Assembly (NCBI GenBank): GCA_041659765.1
Contig: JBAZXR010000001.1
Span: forward strand, 531,338 to 595,337
Reading direction: 5' to 3'
DNA length: 64,000 nucleotides
DNA from: Patescibacteria group bacterium
GTDB taxonomy: Bacteria > Patescibacteriota > Patescibacteriia > UBA9934
The notes below the pieces were generated by a model. The model did no database searches and was not told the origin of the DNA. It saw nothing but the letters and a program-made list of their open reading frames with translations. A program made the position numbers and the translations under genes. This document shows, piece after piece, positions 18,901-28,500 of this stretch; within the stretch, counting starts at the first letter, position 1, and every line of letters begins with the position of its first letter.

Positions 18901-21900
18901 TTAGAAGACCAATGTTCCGCCGGAGACCGTGAGGCTGTCGACCAAGTACGAACCCCAGTAATCACCGGTGTTCGTAGCCGAAGCTGCGGAGTTAGTTCCA
19001 TCATCCTGCCAGAGCAAGGTGCCCGGGAGGCGCTGGATGTCGTCCGTAAGATCGTATGCCGTACCAGTGAGCGTAGCATCAGATGTGTAGATTCTGGAAC
19101 CAAGGTATCCACGAACAACGTAGAGGTTGTGAGTTGCGATACCGGTCACCAACATCTTTTCATCTGTAGAAGCCACCGTCGTAGCATCAGCCGTGCTGTA
19201 GTTGATCACATCGCCTACCTTGAAGGCAGTGCCGTCATCAACTGCGAGCGTGTTAGCCGTTTCCAAGAGATCCGTCACGTTCGAAGCGTCAGCAACGTTC
19301 AAGTACGTTGAAACGATTGGATCGGTCGGAAGATCGAAACGGATAGAGTCGTCGTTGGCTGAGCTTGCACCAGTTGAGTCAAAGTACACAGCGAAGTTAT
19401 TCGAGGTGCCCTTAGCTACAACCTCAGCAACTGGGAGCGCGATGCCCACAAAGCTGAGATCCTGGGTGAAGTTCGTAGTGTCACAAGCTGCACCTGTTGA
19501 CTGGTAAAGTGTCCAGTCAGCATCTGCAGTGTCCAACGTCTGAGACGTGCCATCCATCGTCAAGTTGTATAGATCGAAGTCGGCAGTCGTCGTTGCGACA
19601 GCTGGGTTATCCGTGTCACATTCGTTCCAGTCAACACTGGTAGCGTCTGTGTTGGAAGTGTCGTTATCCGTCAAAGTCACCTTGAAGAGCAGCTTGTTCA
19701 ATACTACGTCTTCGTTAGAAGAAGCAGCAACTGAGAAGCGGAGCACTTCAGAGCGGCCTGGAACAGCGCTACCGGAAGGTGAAGAGGAGCTGAGTGTAAC
19801 CACCGGCTTAGTTTCCTTAACCACGAAGGTAGGAACACTGTCGGTTGCGAACACATCATCACCAAGATCAGCAATTCCTGAAGCTGCCTCGTCAAGCGTG
19901 AAGCCAGAACCGGCTCCAGTTGCCTTGAACGATTCGCTGCCGGAGTTGTCTCCATCAGAGAAGGCCATACGGATCTTTTCGTTGCTGGTAGCGGAACCAC
20001 CAGAATCACGATCCGTAGGAGGCAAGTTCACGTAGACCTTAACATCCTTAGGTGTACCAACCGGTACGTACATCAATAGACCAGAGAACGTCGCAGCGTT
20101 TCCAGACATAGAGGCCGTAGCCGTACCCGTGGTGCCGTCGGCCTTAGGGTAAGAGAGGGTCACGAGAGAGATGTTGTTAGCGTAGACACTGGAATCAGCT
20201 GTAGAAGCCGTTCCAAGCATATCGTCTTCAGCCTGTTCTTCCGTGAAAGACAGCGTCTGAACGTTGAAGGATTCAAGTGTCGCTGCGAAGCGATACTGAG
20301 CTACTTCTACGTTGTTGGTACCTGTCAGCGCGAAGTCTGCGCTTGGGGTGCTTGAACCAACAGTCACTGAAAGCGTACCGGAATCAGATACCGTGACAGT
20401 GCGAGTAGGTGCAGTTCCACCGTTCACCGCGTTGCCCGTAGCTGTAACCGAGTTGCTTGAAGAATCTTCAGCTGTAATGTTGGTACCAGCCAAAGCGATG
20501 TCGAATGCGAAGAACGCATCGCCAGTCGTTGAGGTGTTAGCAAAGTTACACTGAACAGTCATGTTCTTAACGGCACCGGCTGCAATAGTCCAGCTCATGG
20601 TGCTGAAACGAATAGTCTGACCGTTAGTTGCTGGAGCTTCTGGACCGGCTACGCGCGTAACACCGTCATAGAGCGAGCAGGAGTCAACGTAATCGTTAAC
20701 GTCTGCGCTCTCAGAGGTTGTGCTAACGCCACCACCGATATCGTAAGTACCGCTCACAGACGTGTCCTGACCGTAAGCAGAAAGCGTCAGGTCAGTGATC
20801 GTTACTGGAGAAGCCAAACCAGTAGTCATAGTGAAGCCGACCACAGATACGTTCTGTGTACCGTCAACAGTGGTGACGCTGGTTGGCGTGCTGGCCAAGG
20901 AAACTACCAAGGAAGCCTGTCTGGCAACCTGGGTGTAACCAGTGATGTCTGAACCAGGGATGATATCCGCGGTAGCAAGAGCATCGCCGTTCGTGTCTTC
21001 CGTAACAAGACCACTCATGTCAAAGATGGCAGCAAGGGATTCACCAGAGGTGAGGCCGTTGTCTACGTCAGCCGTGACCGCCAAGTTCAATGTCTCACCG
21101 GCGTTCAAGGAGAAGTCATCTGTGAAGTCAATGATCTGAAGAGCGTCTTCTGCAGTACCAGTCAAGCTGGTTTCTGAAGAAGCGTCATCCGTAGTCGTGT
21201 CAAGCTCCAAAGGACCCATGATTACAGCGCCGGTGTCAGCGTTGATGATCTTGATGTCCTTCAAGTTAGCTTCAGAACCGGAGTTAATCAAACCGTCATC
21301 ATCAGCGTCACCAGTTTCCTGACCTTCTGTAACGGTGCCATCGTCGTCATCATCAGCAGCTACCTGGATGTCCAGGTCCTTAATGGTGATGAACTGAGTA
21401 GCCGTGACCGAGAATTTCAAGAGGGTCTGGTCCTGAGAATCTACCTGGACGTCGCCAGCAGCTGGGCCATTGAAAGCAAACGTAAGTTTGCCGCCCTTAA
21501 CCGTGCTGAAGGAACAGTTACCAGATGAAGATGTGCAGGAAGCACCGTCATAAGTACCAACGGTTCCGGTATCAACCGTGAGGCCGAATCCGAAGTCACC
21601 GCCGATAGCTACGATGTCAACATTGTTGTCGATGAACACCTTAACGGTGTCAGCTGACTGTCCACCAATATCCGCGGATACTGAGAAGATGTTGTTGCCA
21701 CCTTCATTGATGTGGAAAGGATGTGCGGAGAGATCAAAGACCACCCAGTCACCGGAGGAGTTAACACCAGTGGTAAGAAGAACACTGCCATCCCACAGAC
21801 GGAAGTCTGAGTGATCAGAAGCGTTGTCTACCTTAACGGTGATAGCGGAGATGTCAGCTGCTTCGGAGCCGTTAGCGGCTGCCTTGAAGGAACCGATTTC

Positions 21901-23154
21901 TGCATCCTGAGCGCCAACCGTTGGGTCAGCGATCGTGCCGGACTTTGTGATCAAGAGAGTTCCAGCATCAGCACCAGTGAAGGTGAAGATGTTACCCGTG
22001 ATTGGGAAGGAACCGCTCACTGATCCTGCAGACACTACGTCAGCAGAGTTGGCAACCTTGAAGCCGAACGTATCAGCTGCTACCTGGGAGGTGGAAGTGG
22101 TCACGCGCACCGTGTAGGTGTGCATGCTGTTGGCAGCGATGGAGCGGTTCAAGTTGTTGAAAGATACCTGGCGAGTGGAGGAGTTCACAGTGCGTGATTC
22201 CGTCAAACGCGTGCTACCTTCGTACAAGTAAACGCTAGAAATGTTGTTGGTGGAACCAGCTCCAATCATGGAGAGGGTTACGCCGCTAAACGTTGCTGCT
22301 GCGCTACCTGCCTGTACGTTGAAAGAAAAGACCTGCACGGAGTTCGATCCACCTGGGAGCGAAGCGCCGGCTGGCATGGAAGAAGCTGCGGAGACCGTCA
22401 GGCCGCCCGTAGAAACTACCGTACCAGTTACCGTCTGTGCGTCATCGGACACCGAAGCTTCCTTCGTGGTCAAATCTGCACCAGCGGACAAGGCACTATC
22501 TACAACACCGGCGCCATCCATGACGTACATGGACTGGAGACCGTTAGCTGACATACCAGCTGAGGATACCAAGCGCTTTGCACCATCCCAGTTAAGGTAG
22601 GTGTTTCCAGCACTCGAGTACATCATGCCGTTGTAAGCTGTTGCACTCATAAGAGATGCACCAACCGTGTAGTCCGTGAAGAAGACATCTGGCACGTCCA
22701 TGATGCGCTGGTTCCAGTCGGATCCAGCGTAAGCGACGGCCACTGCTTCTGTTTCAATCCAGTAAATCTTACCGTTGCGGCCTACTGCGTAGGTCTTCGG
22801 GTCAGAGGTCACCTTGATCCATGAAGAACCTGGGCGGAACACGATGTTGCCACCAAGAGTAATGTCAGAGATCGTGCTGTCAGAGACAGTCATGACGCCG
22901 CTGAAATCAGCTACGCCAGAGCTGTTGGAGTGCCAGCTTGAGTATGTTTTGAGGTTAGGGTACGTGTAGCGCATACCGTCATAACCGTAGTAGTAAACCG
23001 TAGAGAGCGAAGCGCTCCGGATACGGTCACCAGCGGCTGCAGCGTGCGTCACGGCTGGGCTCATAAGAGCACCGGCGCCAATCGAGAAAGCGATCGTCGC
23101 TGCAGCTACTGCGGCAGAGAGAGCGCGCTTTCCTGTTTCTAGAACATGTTGCAT
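18901..23154 (-). CDS. Large secreted acidic Thr/Ser-rich surface (S-layer-like) protein
   Basis: Signal peptide; VYYY..DG.RY.YP and IK...DPK.YAV N-terminal repeats of CPR surface proteins; biased codon use. Confidence 0.75.
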   Translation of the reverse strand: MQHVLETGKRALSAAVAAATIAFSIGAGALMSPAVTHAAAAGDRIRSASLSTVYYYGYDGMRYTYPNLKTYSSWHSNSSGVADFSGVMTVSDSTISDITLGGNIVFRPGSSWIKVTSDPKTYAVGRNGKIYWIETEAVAVAYAGSDWNQRIMDVPDVFFTDYTVGASLMSATAYNGMMYSSAGNTYLNWDGAKRLVSSAGMSANGLQSMYVMDGAGVVDSALSAGADLTTKEASVSDDAQTVTGTVVSTGGLTVSAASSMPAGASLPGGSNSVQVFSFNVQAGSAAATFSGVTLSMIGAGSTNNISSVYLYEGSTRLTESRTVNSSTRQVSFNNLNRSIAANSMHTYTVRVTTSTSQVAADTFGFKVANSADVVSAGSVSGSFPITGNIFTFTGADAGTLLITKSGTIADPTVGAQDAEIGSFKAAANGSEAADISAITVKVDNASDHSDFRLWDGSVLLTTGVNSSGDWVVFDLSAHPFHINEGGNNIFSVSADIGGQSADTVKVFIDNNVDIVAIGGDFGFGLTVDTGTVGTYDGASCTSSSGNCSFSTVKGGKLTFAFNGPAAGDVQVDSQDQTLLKFSVTATQFITIKDLDIQVAADDDDDGTVTEGQETGDADDDGLINSGSEANLKDIKIINADTGAVIMGPLELDTTTDDASSETSLTGTAEDALQIIDFTDDFSLNAGETLNLAVTADVDNGLTSGESLAAIFDMSGLVTEDTNGDALATADIIPGSDITGYTQVARQASLVVSLASTPTSVTTVDGTQNVSVVGFTMTTGLASPVTITDLTLSAYGQDTSVSGTYDIGGGVSTTSESADVNDYVDSCSLYDGVTRVAGPEAPATNGQTIRFSTMSWTIAAGAVKNMTVQCNFANTSTTGDAFFAFDIALAGTNITAEDSSSNSVTATGNAVNGGTAPTRTVTVSDSGTLSVTVGSSTPSADFALTGTNNVEVAQYRFAATLESFNVQTLSFTEEQAEDDMLGTASTADSSVYANNISLVTLSYPKADGTTGTATASMSGNAATFSGLLMYVPVGTPKDVKVYVNLPPTDRDSGGSATSNEKIRMAFSDGDNSGSESFKATGAGSGFTLDEAASGIADLGDDVFATDSVPTFVVKETKPVVTLSSSSPSGSAVPGRSEVLRFSVAASSNEDVVLNKLLFKVTLTDNDTSNTDATSVDWNECDTDNPAVATTTADFDLYNLTMDGTSQTLDTADADWTLYQSTGAACDTTNFTQDLSFVGIALPVAEVVAKGTSNNFAVYFDSTGASSANDDSIRFDLPTDPIVSTYLNVADASNVTDLLETANTLAVDDGTAFKVGDVINYSTADATTVASTDEKMLVTGIATHNLYVVRGYLGSRIYTSDATLTGTAYDLTDDIQRLPGTLLWQDDGTNSAASATNTGDYWGSYLVDSLTVSGGTLVF

Positions 23155-23315
23155 AAAGTTACAGAAACCATTTTCCCCTTTTAAGGGGTAAAGAGATAGA
23201 GGTTTGCACGGGCCTGCGGCCCCGACCTTTGAAGCGTGCTTACCCGGGATGCGTTGAACGCAGTCCCTTTCGGGAGGGCATCGTGCGATGCCCTGCCTGA
23301 AGGAAATGCCTTGCT

Positions 23316-24476
23316 CTATTCTGAGACGGGGACGGGGCAAGCCCCGTCCGTACAACTCGCTTCGCTCGTTGCCGCTTCGGCTTTGGCGGCTTCTTCCGCG
23401 GCCTTAGCGTCGGCTTCGGCCTTAGCTTCGGCGTCAGCCCTGGTCTGCATAATGAGGATTTCTGTTTCCGCAATGTTCGCCTCAAGTTTGAGCAGTTCTG
23501 CGTCTATCCCCTGGAGCGTAGCGAAGGCGCTTCTGTAACCACCGGCGGCGAAACCGTTCATAGCCTCCGGAATCTGTAGCTTGGTTTGCTTAATCACGTA
23601 GCTCAGTCTCTTTAGGTCATCGCCGGAAGGAATCCCCTTCACTCCGTCAAACATCTTCACTCCGAGCACCGTCTTGCTAATAGTGTCTAACCGATGCTCA
23701 TCGAAGGTTTGTCTGGCCTCTATAGATCCGAGCTCCTTAGTGAACATGGCCTTCAGTTCAACGGTTGATTTCTCTGTAGCTCCTTGCTCATGGACATCTA
23801 CCGCAACGGTAGTTGCGACAGTCTGCGCCTCCTTCACGGCCTGCTTTGCGTCAACGGTTTCCGTGCCGGCTGCTGAAGTTGAGTTGGTCGATGCCGTTTC
23901 TTCGATCACTGCCTTCATCGAGTCGATCTTATTCTGCACGTCAGTCACGACGGCGAGTGCCGTGGACGAACCAACACTGTCTTTCAAGTTTTTCAAATCG
24001 GCTGAGGCCTGAGAAAGTTCCGAGGCGTATTCCACCATGGCTGTCTTAGCGAGTGCCTGATGGCCCTCGTCCGTAGATCCTGATGAGCGAAGTTCTGCCG
24101 CTTCTCGCAATCTGCGCTCGGCGAACTCGGTATGGAGCACAGCGCGACGATCGAGCGACGCCAACCGAAGCTGAGCCTGTTCCGTAATACGTTTTACTGA
24201 GTAGAGGGTTTCGCCCGGCAAGCTCGACGAAGCCGCGCTCACCGTAGAAAGACTACCGGCAAAAAGAGTAACTGAAGCCACACCGATAGTTACCGGCTTA
24301 GAAATAAAAGAACTGACATACCAAGAGACGTAAGACTTGGAAGTCTGGCGAACTGGCAAGTCAGCGCTCACACGTGAAAGGAGGCGGGACTTAGCCGCGC
24401 CGTGCTCAGAAAGAGAAAGGGCCCCTGCTCGGGGATTATTTTTCAAACTCTTAAGTTGTGATAGAAGGTTCGACAC
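23316..24476 (-). CDS. DUF5667 protein, probable membrane anti-sigma partner
   Basis: SLPGETLYSVKR..E motif after a TM; overlaps the ECF sigma stop. Confidence 0.75.
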   Translation of the reverse strand: MSNLLSQLKSLKNNPRAGALSLSEHGAAKSRLLSRVSADLPVRQTSKSYVSWYVSSFISKPVTIGVASVTLFAGSLSTVSAASSSLPGETLYSVKRITEQAQLRLASLDRRAVLHTEFAERRLREAAELRSSGSTDEGHQALAKTAMVEYASELSQASADLKNLKDSVGSSTALAVVTDVQNKIDSMKAVIEETASTNSTSAAGTETVDAKQAVKEAQTVATTVAVDVHEQGATEKSTVELKAMFTKELGSIEARQTFDEHRLDTISKTVLGVKMFDGVKGIPSGDDLKRLSYVIKQTKLQIPEAMNGFAAGGYRSAFATLQGIDAELLKLEANIAETEILIMQTRADAEAKAEADAKAAEEAAKAEAATSEASCTDGACPVPVSE

Positions 24477-25002
24477 AAAGTTCTTGGAGTGCTTTTTTGG
24501 CCCGGTGAAGGGTTACTCTGACATTATTCGGTGTCTGTTCAAGCGTACTCGCGATCTCGCTAATACTTAGCTCGTTCAAATACCTGAGCACTAGCACCTC
24601 ACGGTATTCATCCTTGAGAAGTTTCATCTTCTCTATAAGGTCATCGCTCTCCCCTTTCTGCGTGACTTCTTCAACCAAGGAACCGCTCGCAGGAACCTGT
24701 TCTAGCACCGAGTCCTCGACCACCTCCACCGGCGTATTCTTCCTATAGAAGTCCGCGGTGATGTTTCGGGCGATCCGGAAGAGCAAAGCTCCTACGTTAT
24801 CTACCGCACTCGACGTCATGTATTCCCAACCGCGGAGAAACACCTCGCTCGTGATCTCCTCGGCGTCCTCTTTGCGAGGGACCTTAAAGACCAGGAACCG
24901 ACGAATGCGGTCAGCATGGATGTCATACAACTCTCCGTACGCGTCCGTGTCCTTGAACCGGTACACGCGGAAGGCGAGGAATTTTTGACGGTAAGCTGAC
25001 AT
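24451..25002 (-). CDS. ECF sigma-70 factor
   Basis: DAEEITSEVF, LFRIARN...D.YRK and region-4 HTH. Confidence 0.92.
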   Translation of the reverse strand: MSAYRQKFLAFRVYRFKDTDAYGELYDIHADRIRRFLVFKVPRKEDAEEITSEVFLRGWEYMTSSAVDNVGALLFRIARNITADFYRKNTPVEVVEDSVLEQVPASGSLVEEVTQKGESDDLIEKMKLLKDEYREVLVLRYLNELSISEIASTLEQTPNNVRVTLHRAKKALQELCVEPSITT

Positions 25003-25091
25003 GTATGAAGTCGTTGTTAATCGGAAAACATTACAGTCTAGAGAAAATGTTGGCAAGATTAGCCACATGCCTCCTCTTGACCAGCTTTCTG

Positions 25092-25140
25092 AGTTTGTCT
25101 ACACTAGTATGGACAAGTAAAAAAGTTTGTCCACGCTAGT
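25092..25140. promoter_or_regulatory. Candidate operator: two 17-bp direct repeats 32 bp apart
   Basis: AGTTTGTCTACACTAGT / AGTTTGTCCACGCTAGT. Confidence 0.55.
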
Positions 25141-25148
25141 GTAGCATT

Positions 25149-25424
25149 ATGCAAACGCCCATTCGCCTCTCCGTTTCTGAAGCTTCGAAGCTATTCGGTG
25201 TCAGCCCGCGGACTGTTCGCCGTGCAGTCTCCGATGGAGCTGTAACCTATATAGTCGTTCAAGGGCGGTATAAAATTACATTCGAGTCCTTGCTCAAGTG
25301 GAGCCAAGAAACCACGACCGTCAAAAACAAGCTGAACAAGTCCGGTCTTGGCCAGTACGTTGGCCAGTGGAAGATCAAAAACAAACTCTACTCCCCCAAC
25401 CCAAAATCGCTTGAAAATGAGTAA
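25149..25424 (+). CDS. Excisionase/MerR-type HTH DNA-binding protein
   Basis: LSVSEASKLFGVSPRTVRR. Confidence 0.85.
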   Translation: MQTPIRLSVSEASKLFGVSPRTVRRAVSDGAVTYIVVQGRYKITFESLLKWSQETTTVKNKLNKSGLGQYVGQWKIKNKLYSPNPKSLENE

Positions 25425-25537
25425 TTAAAACCCGCCTGTCCGGCACAACTGGAAGGCGGATTTTTGTTATCCACATCAACCAACCTTTAGAGGCCGCTTT
25501 CGTGTTAGAACGAGCATAAGAATTAAATGAACGCTCT

Positions 25538-28500
25538 ATGAGAAAGCTGCTTCGTTCGGGATTCATAGCAACACTCTGTGTGCTCGCAACTACCCTGCCG
25601 GTGCGTGCGATAGAACAAGACAGTTCGCCGTTTATCGCATCCACACCAGTTCGTGTTGCTCCAGAAGACTCTTCGGGGTCTTTTTCATATTCCTATCCCA
25701 TCTCCGTTCCACCCGGACGCAATGCCATGCAGCCAAACATTTCGCTATCTTATAACAGCGGCGTCGCGGATGACGCTAGTATTACGGGCTACGGCTGGAG
25801 CCCCTCAATCCCAAAGATTGAGCGGGTCAACAAACGCGGGGTCGACAAGCTTTACAACAGACACGACTTCACTTCTTCGCTTGGCGGAGAGCTGGTCGAC
25901 GTATTGTTGTCCGATGGTTCGCACGGAACCTATGCGGTCAAAGTCGAAAATGGAAATTTCCTTACCTACGTTTACAACACGAACGAAACCTGGACGGTGA
26001 CGGACATGCTTGGCACGCAATACACCTTCGGCGGGAGCAGCAACTCGCGGGTCATTGACCCTGCCAACAGTTCTCACGTCTTCTCTTGGTACCTCACAGA
26101 AACTCGTGACACGAATGACAACGTCGTCACCTACTCATATTCCAGTACCAATAACCAGGTTTATCCGAGCAACATTAACTATACTGGACACGCCAACACT
26201 GCCGGTATTTTTGACATCGCCTTTACTCTGGAAGCAAGCTCGACCACAAACGAATCATTCGCCACGGGATTCTCTGTAAAAACCGGCCAGCGAATTTCCG
26301 CGATTACCGTAAAAGTGAATAATACAAATGTTCGTATCTACGACATTAACTATACGGTCGGAGACAACACCACCCGACCGCTTCTTTCAAGTATCACAGA
26401 GACCGGGATAGACGAGGCTAGCAACAGCATCACTAAACCCGCTACCACGTTTACATATTCCGCAAGCCACCGGACCTGGACGGAAGATACGACTGCCTCT
26501 ATTCCTATTGCCATAGCGGCAGGAGGCGCGTCTAGCATCGGCACGTTTGTCTTTGATGTAAATGGAGATTCGCTGCCAGACATCGTAAAATCATTAATAA
26601 TTGACAACGGCGGCACGCCCATCATTGAACGTGGAGTATATCTGAACGATGGAAATAACAACTGGGTAGAAGATGCAGGCTACACCATTCCAGTCTATTT
26701 CGCTGGTAATGGCTATGACCAAGGCGTGCGCATCGCCGATTTTAACGGTGACGGCTATCAGGACATTTTGAAAGCGCGGAGAGATCAGAACACCGGTGTT
26801 TTATACAGCGAAGTCTATATCAACGATGGCGATGGAACTGGGTGGACCCAAGATACTACAGTTGTCATTCCTACAGCCTTTGATAACTCAACAAGGATTT
26901 TTGATGTGAACGGAGATGGTCTTCCTGATATTGTCTATGGACGAATGAATCAATGGACAGCTGCGATCGAGAGCGAGTTCTACATCAACAATGGCGACGG
27001 AACTGGCTGGACCCTGGATGGAAATTATGTACTGCCGATAAACATTTCCACTGAAAAGGGAAAAGATGCGGCGTTCCGAACGGCCGACGTCAACGGCGAT
27101 GGGTTAACAGACCTCCTGCAAGCCGTATCAACAACCAACGAGGTCTATATCAATAAGGGGAACGGAACTGGGTGGATCAAAAACACCAGCTACGTCATTC
27201 CCGCAACCTTCCTCGCGACAGGAAAAGATACCGGCACGCGGCTTCTTGATATTAACGGAGATGGTCTCACGGACGTCTTCCACTCTCGTCTTGACTCAAC
27301 AGGAAACCCTGAAAGCAACCTCTACATCAACCGGGGAGGAGAGGAGGGATGGGTTGAAGATACAAACTTTCAAGGAGCGCCGGTCGCCATGACTACCAGC
27401 GCTGGCGCTGACCGTGGCGTCCGAGAAGATAATTTCTCTGGATCGATGTTGACGGACTTCATGCACTCCGTTAGAACCGGAACGCCCGAGGTTCTCTATA
27501 CCTACCTGTTCGTCCAAGACGGAGGCAGGGGCGATCTTCTAACTAGCGTCTCATCAACAAGCGGAGCGACGACAGATGTAGCCTACACCTCTTCCACCGT
27601 TCCCAACCCCTCACTTCCTTTCTCTCTTCAAGTTGTCGATACCATCACGACGGATGACGGATTCGGGAATGTTTCAACGCAATCTTATACATACGAAAAT
27701 GGTTCATTTTACTACAACAATGAATACGACAGAAAGTTCGCTGGGTTCGGAAAAGTAACGACAACGGACGGGCTTGGAAATGTGACGATTAGCTATTACC
27801 ATCAGGGAAATACTTCGGACTCCGCTCATGGCGAAGCAACGGATGACGTCAGCAAGCTCCTACATCGCTATCGCGAAGAACAATACGACAGTAATGGAAA
27901 CCTCTATCGCACGACAATTGACACGTGGGTTAATACTGACATCGGAAATGGCAGAGACTTTGTCTACAAAACGCAGACACTGGTCATGGACTACGATGGT
28001 GATGCCGATCACCGGGATACTGCCGTTCGGTATACATACAATACGAACAACGGAAACCTCGTTGAGAAAATCGAGTATGGTCTTGGCACTGGAAACGATA
28101 ACGGATCCTTTACGGATTCTGGCACGGATGATCGGACGACTGCCTACGCCTACGCGCAGTGGACGAGCGGTGAATCCGGCTACCTGGCCTCCGAAACGCT
28201 CACGGATCATGTCATTGACACCATTCGCCGAACTACCAGGTTCTATGACGGGAACACGACTAACGCCGTAAGCATTGGCAACGTTACGCGAGAGGTGAAA
28301 AAGATTTCGGCTACTGAAAATGCGGAAACAAACTTCGCCTATGACGCGTATGGTTTCCGTACGGCAGTGATTGATGCAAATGGCAATACTACAACCATTA
28401 CTCCCGACGCAGTGGAACTCTATCCGGCGAGCGTCACAAACGATCTCAGTCAAGTCACTGAGTACGTCTATGATTACTCGTCAGGCAAGGTTATAGAGAC

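Noticed and set aside
23155-23355. 67-codon N-terminal extension of the surface protein in the ORF track
   Set aside because: It overlaps the DUF5667 end and a structured leader; the signal peptide starts at 23154.
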